Shown here one piece after another: positions 61,851-64,000 of a DNA stretch of 64,000 nucleotides; position 1 is the stretch's first letter; every line of letters begins with the position of its first letter. This DNA comes from Octopus vulgaris (lineage: Eukaryota). The notes under the pieces were generated by a model. The model did no database searches and was not told the DNA's origin. It saw only the letters and a program-made list of their open reading frames with translations. The DNA lies in NCBI GenBank assembly GCA_951406725.2, contig OX597829.1, positions 51,584,001 to 51,648,000 on the forward strand, read 5' to 3'. The translations under genes and the position numbers were made by a program.

Positions 61851-64000
61851 TTCATGCTCTGATTTATTTTCACTATATTTATTATTTTTCTCACCTTTAT
61901 ATGCCCTTTGAAGTTTTTCTTTCGCTTTGGATTTGTTTGTGTTTGTTTTGTTTTCGTTTGCTTTTTGTTTGTTTTTTTACTATATCAAATTTCAAATTTG
62001 TTTAAACACACGCGAAGATAACTTGGTTCTATTTTGTTTATTTCCTATTTACTATTTAAACATCTTACTTATTCTCATCCAAAATATTTTCCAATCGATT
62101 TTTAGAATTCAAAATTAACATTTATTACAATTCGTGTGTACCTTGCCATGCTTTCGGCCCTGAATTCTTCGTGGGATCGTACGTTTAAAATCATGGTATA
62201 TAGAATTTCATAAGCATTTTAAAACCAGGCAGAACCCATCCCTCTTCAGGTCTGACCACAGCTAATTTCTTCCTGGAAGTAAGTGACAGAGGAATTGACT
62301 CCAGTACTAGATGGGATTTTTAATTATCAAGTTTCAACAAAAGATGAAGTTTACCTTGGTGGGGTTTGAAACCAGAGTGCAGACAATTGAACGAATTCTG
62401 CAAAGCATTTTACCTTATGCTTTGATATATAGAGAAAGGGTTGTGGAGCTATGTTACAGTAATAGCTCCATCTCACCCTACTCTTGGAAGGCATGGAATT
62501 GTGAAACCATTTGAGTTAATGTAAATAAATCTTCTTAATGAGTCCAAGTGCATTCTCAACTTCATCTCTTTATACTTCTGGTTCATATGAAAAGAACTTA
62601 CTTTCATATTTTCTAGCTCATATGAAAAGAACTTTTCTTGTAAGGTCTACTGCTTCCATAAGTTTTGCTTTCAACAAACATTGTGGGAACTGAATTTCGA
62701 TGAAGAATTAAATATTTACATTATAATGAGTATAACAAAATTATTAATATTCAGGCTACCACTGCATTCATCTAAGATGAAGGGTCTGTAGTTATCTAAC
62801 ATTCAGGTTATTAATCCAGATAGCAAGTCTGTTATCTTACATTCAAGTTATTCAGCAAGATAACCACAGTCCCTGAATAAGATCTGGTAGTTTTCCTATG
62901 AATAATTGTGCTATAGCCATTATATAGTAAATATATTTATGTAGGTGTCATGATGGCAGCTCAGTGACTTGATCAAATCTTGACAACCTGAGATGCCTAT
63001 GGGTTAAATGCAAAGCTGCATAGTAGAGACATGTGGTTCAGGAAAGCAGAAGAGCAGCAAAGATCAGAATGAAATTTATTGAACATGCTTTGTTTGAAGT
63101 ATAATATGAATGTGAAGGAACATCAAAATACACTGAGCTGAGAGAAAATCACACTTGTATGGGTGTGTGATGATATACAAATGAAGGGGAAGCCTGTATA
63201 AGGAAGTGCCAAGTGCTCGAAGTGAAGGGTTCCTGTAGAAGGAAACCCAGGAAAGCTTGAAATTTTGGCTGATCTTAGGATGCTGCACCACAGGAAGTAG
63301 ATGACAATAATAAACAGATGTGGAGAAGACCTGACTACTTGTGCACGACTGGTGAAATGCACAGCACTTTAAAATGGTTGAGGGGGTTAGTAATAGGTGC
63401 ACGTATATATTCTTACATTCGGGCCTTTCCTTATTTTTTGTTCCATAATATATATATATTAGTACGAAAGCGCTAATATATGATGTATAAAAACATGTAA
63501 CACTAATAAATATCTGTAAATATAAAACTGTCCGAATTTCTGAGTACCGAATTTCTTCTGATATAAAATACCTGTACATCATCTCCAAACCTTCTAATAT
63601 ATTAGTATAATATATTTTCTAAGTCACCATCAGTTTCTTCTCTTACCTGTTTGATACCTTCCCATTTCTGTATTGTTCCTCTCCTATTCACTGTACTTTG
63701 CTACCCAAAACTCATCATTGTCACCAACCTTTCTTCAGTTACCCATCTCTCTCATTCATTCTCTCTCTCTCTCTCTCACACTCTCTTCAGCAAACATGTA
63801 GATGTCACTTTTATTTCTCTTTCATTATGATGTCTAAGTAGCAATTTACATCTGATGCATGTCACCAGTTACCTTTCTGTGTTACCTACCATCTCTCTCT
63901 CTCTCTATCTATCTATCTGTCTATTTACACACACACACAGAGGTTGAATAAAATAATGGAAACACCACTTTATATTTAACCATATTTTTTTCTATTGGCA

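Noticed and set aside
63076-63588. 170-aa ORF upstream of KIBRA
   Set aside because: No recognisable domain or exon structure; composition resembles random AT-rich DNA.

Overview
AT-rich, repeat-dense animal genomic DNA, most likely from an octopus (inferred from the style of the SINE, MITE and microsatellite content, not from a database search). The window holds the 5' part of one protein-coding gene on the minus strand, a KIBRA/WWC-family Hippo-pathway scaffold. I reconstructed ten coding exons by hand, from the ATG at 60270 to an exon running off the window at position 1. All junctions are GT-AG, the phases join without a break, and the total is 1249 nt (about 416 codons), covering WW1, WW2, coiled coils and an SQT LC8-type motif. 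Almost none of the supplied ORFs are real genes. The introns contain several tRNA-type SINE families, an RTE-tailed repeat, decayed LINEs (RTE, R4/Dong-like, CR1-like), mariner- and piggyBac-like MITEs, VNTRs and microsatellites. The most interesting non-coding signal is a structurally complete minimal type I hammerhead ribozyme motif (15205-15250) on the sense strand of the KIBRA pre-mRNA. Three degenerate hammerhead-like relatives sit in other repeats. Other notable items are a mariner MITE carrying a copy of its own flank, nested SINEs with TSDs, long intronic hairpins, an A-rich 3' splice site and candidate CRE/YY1/TEAD/uORF signals near the gene start. Repeat boundaries are approximate.
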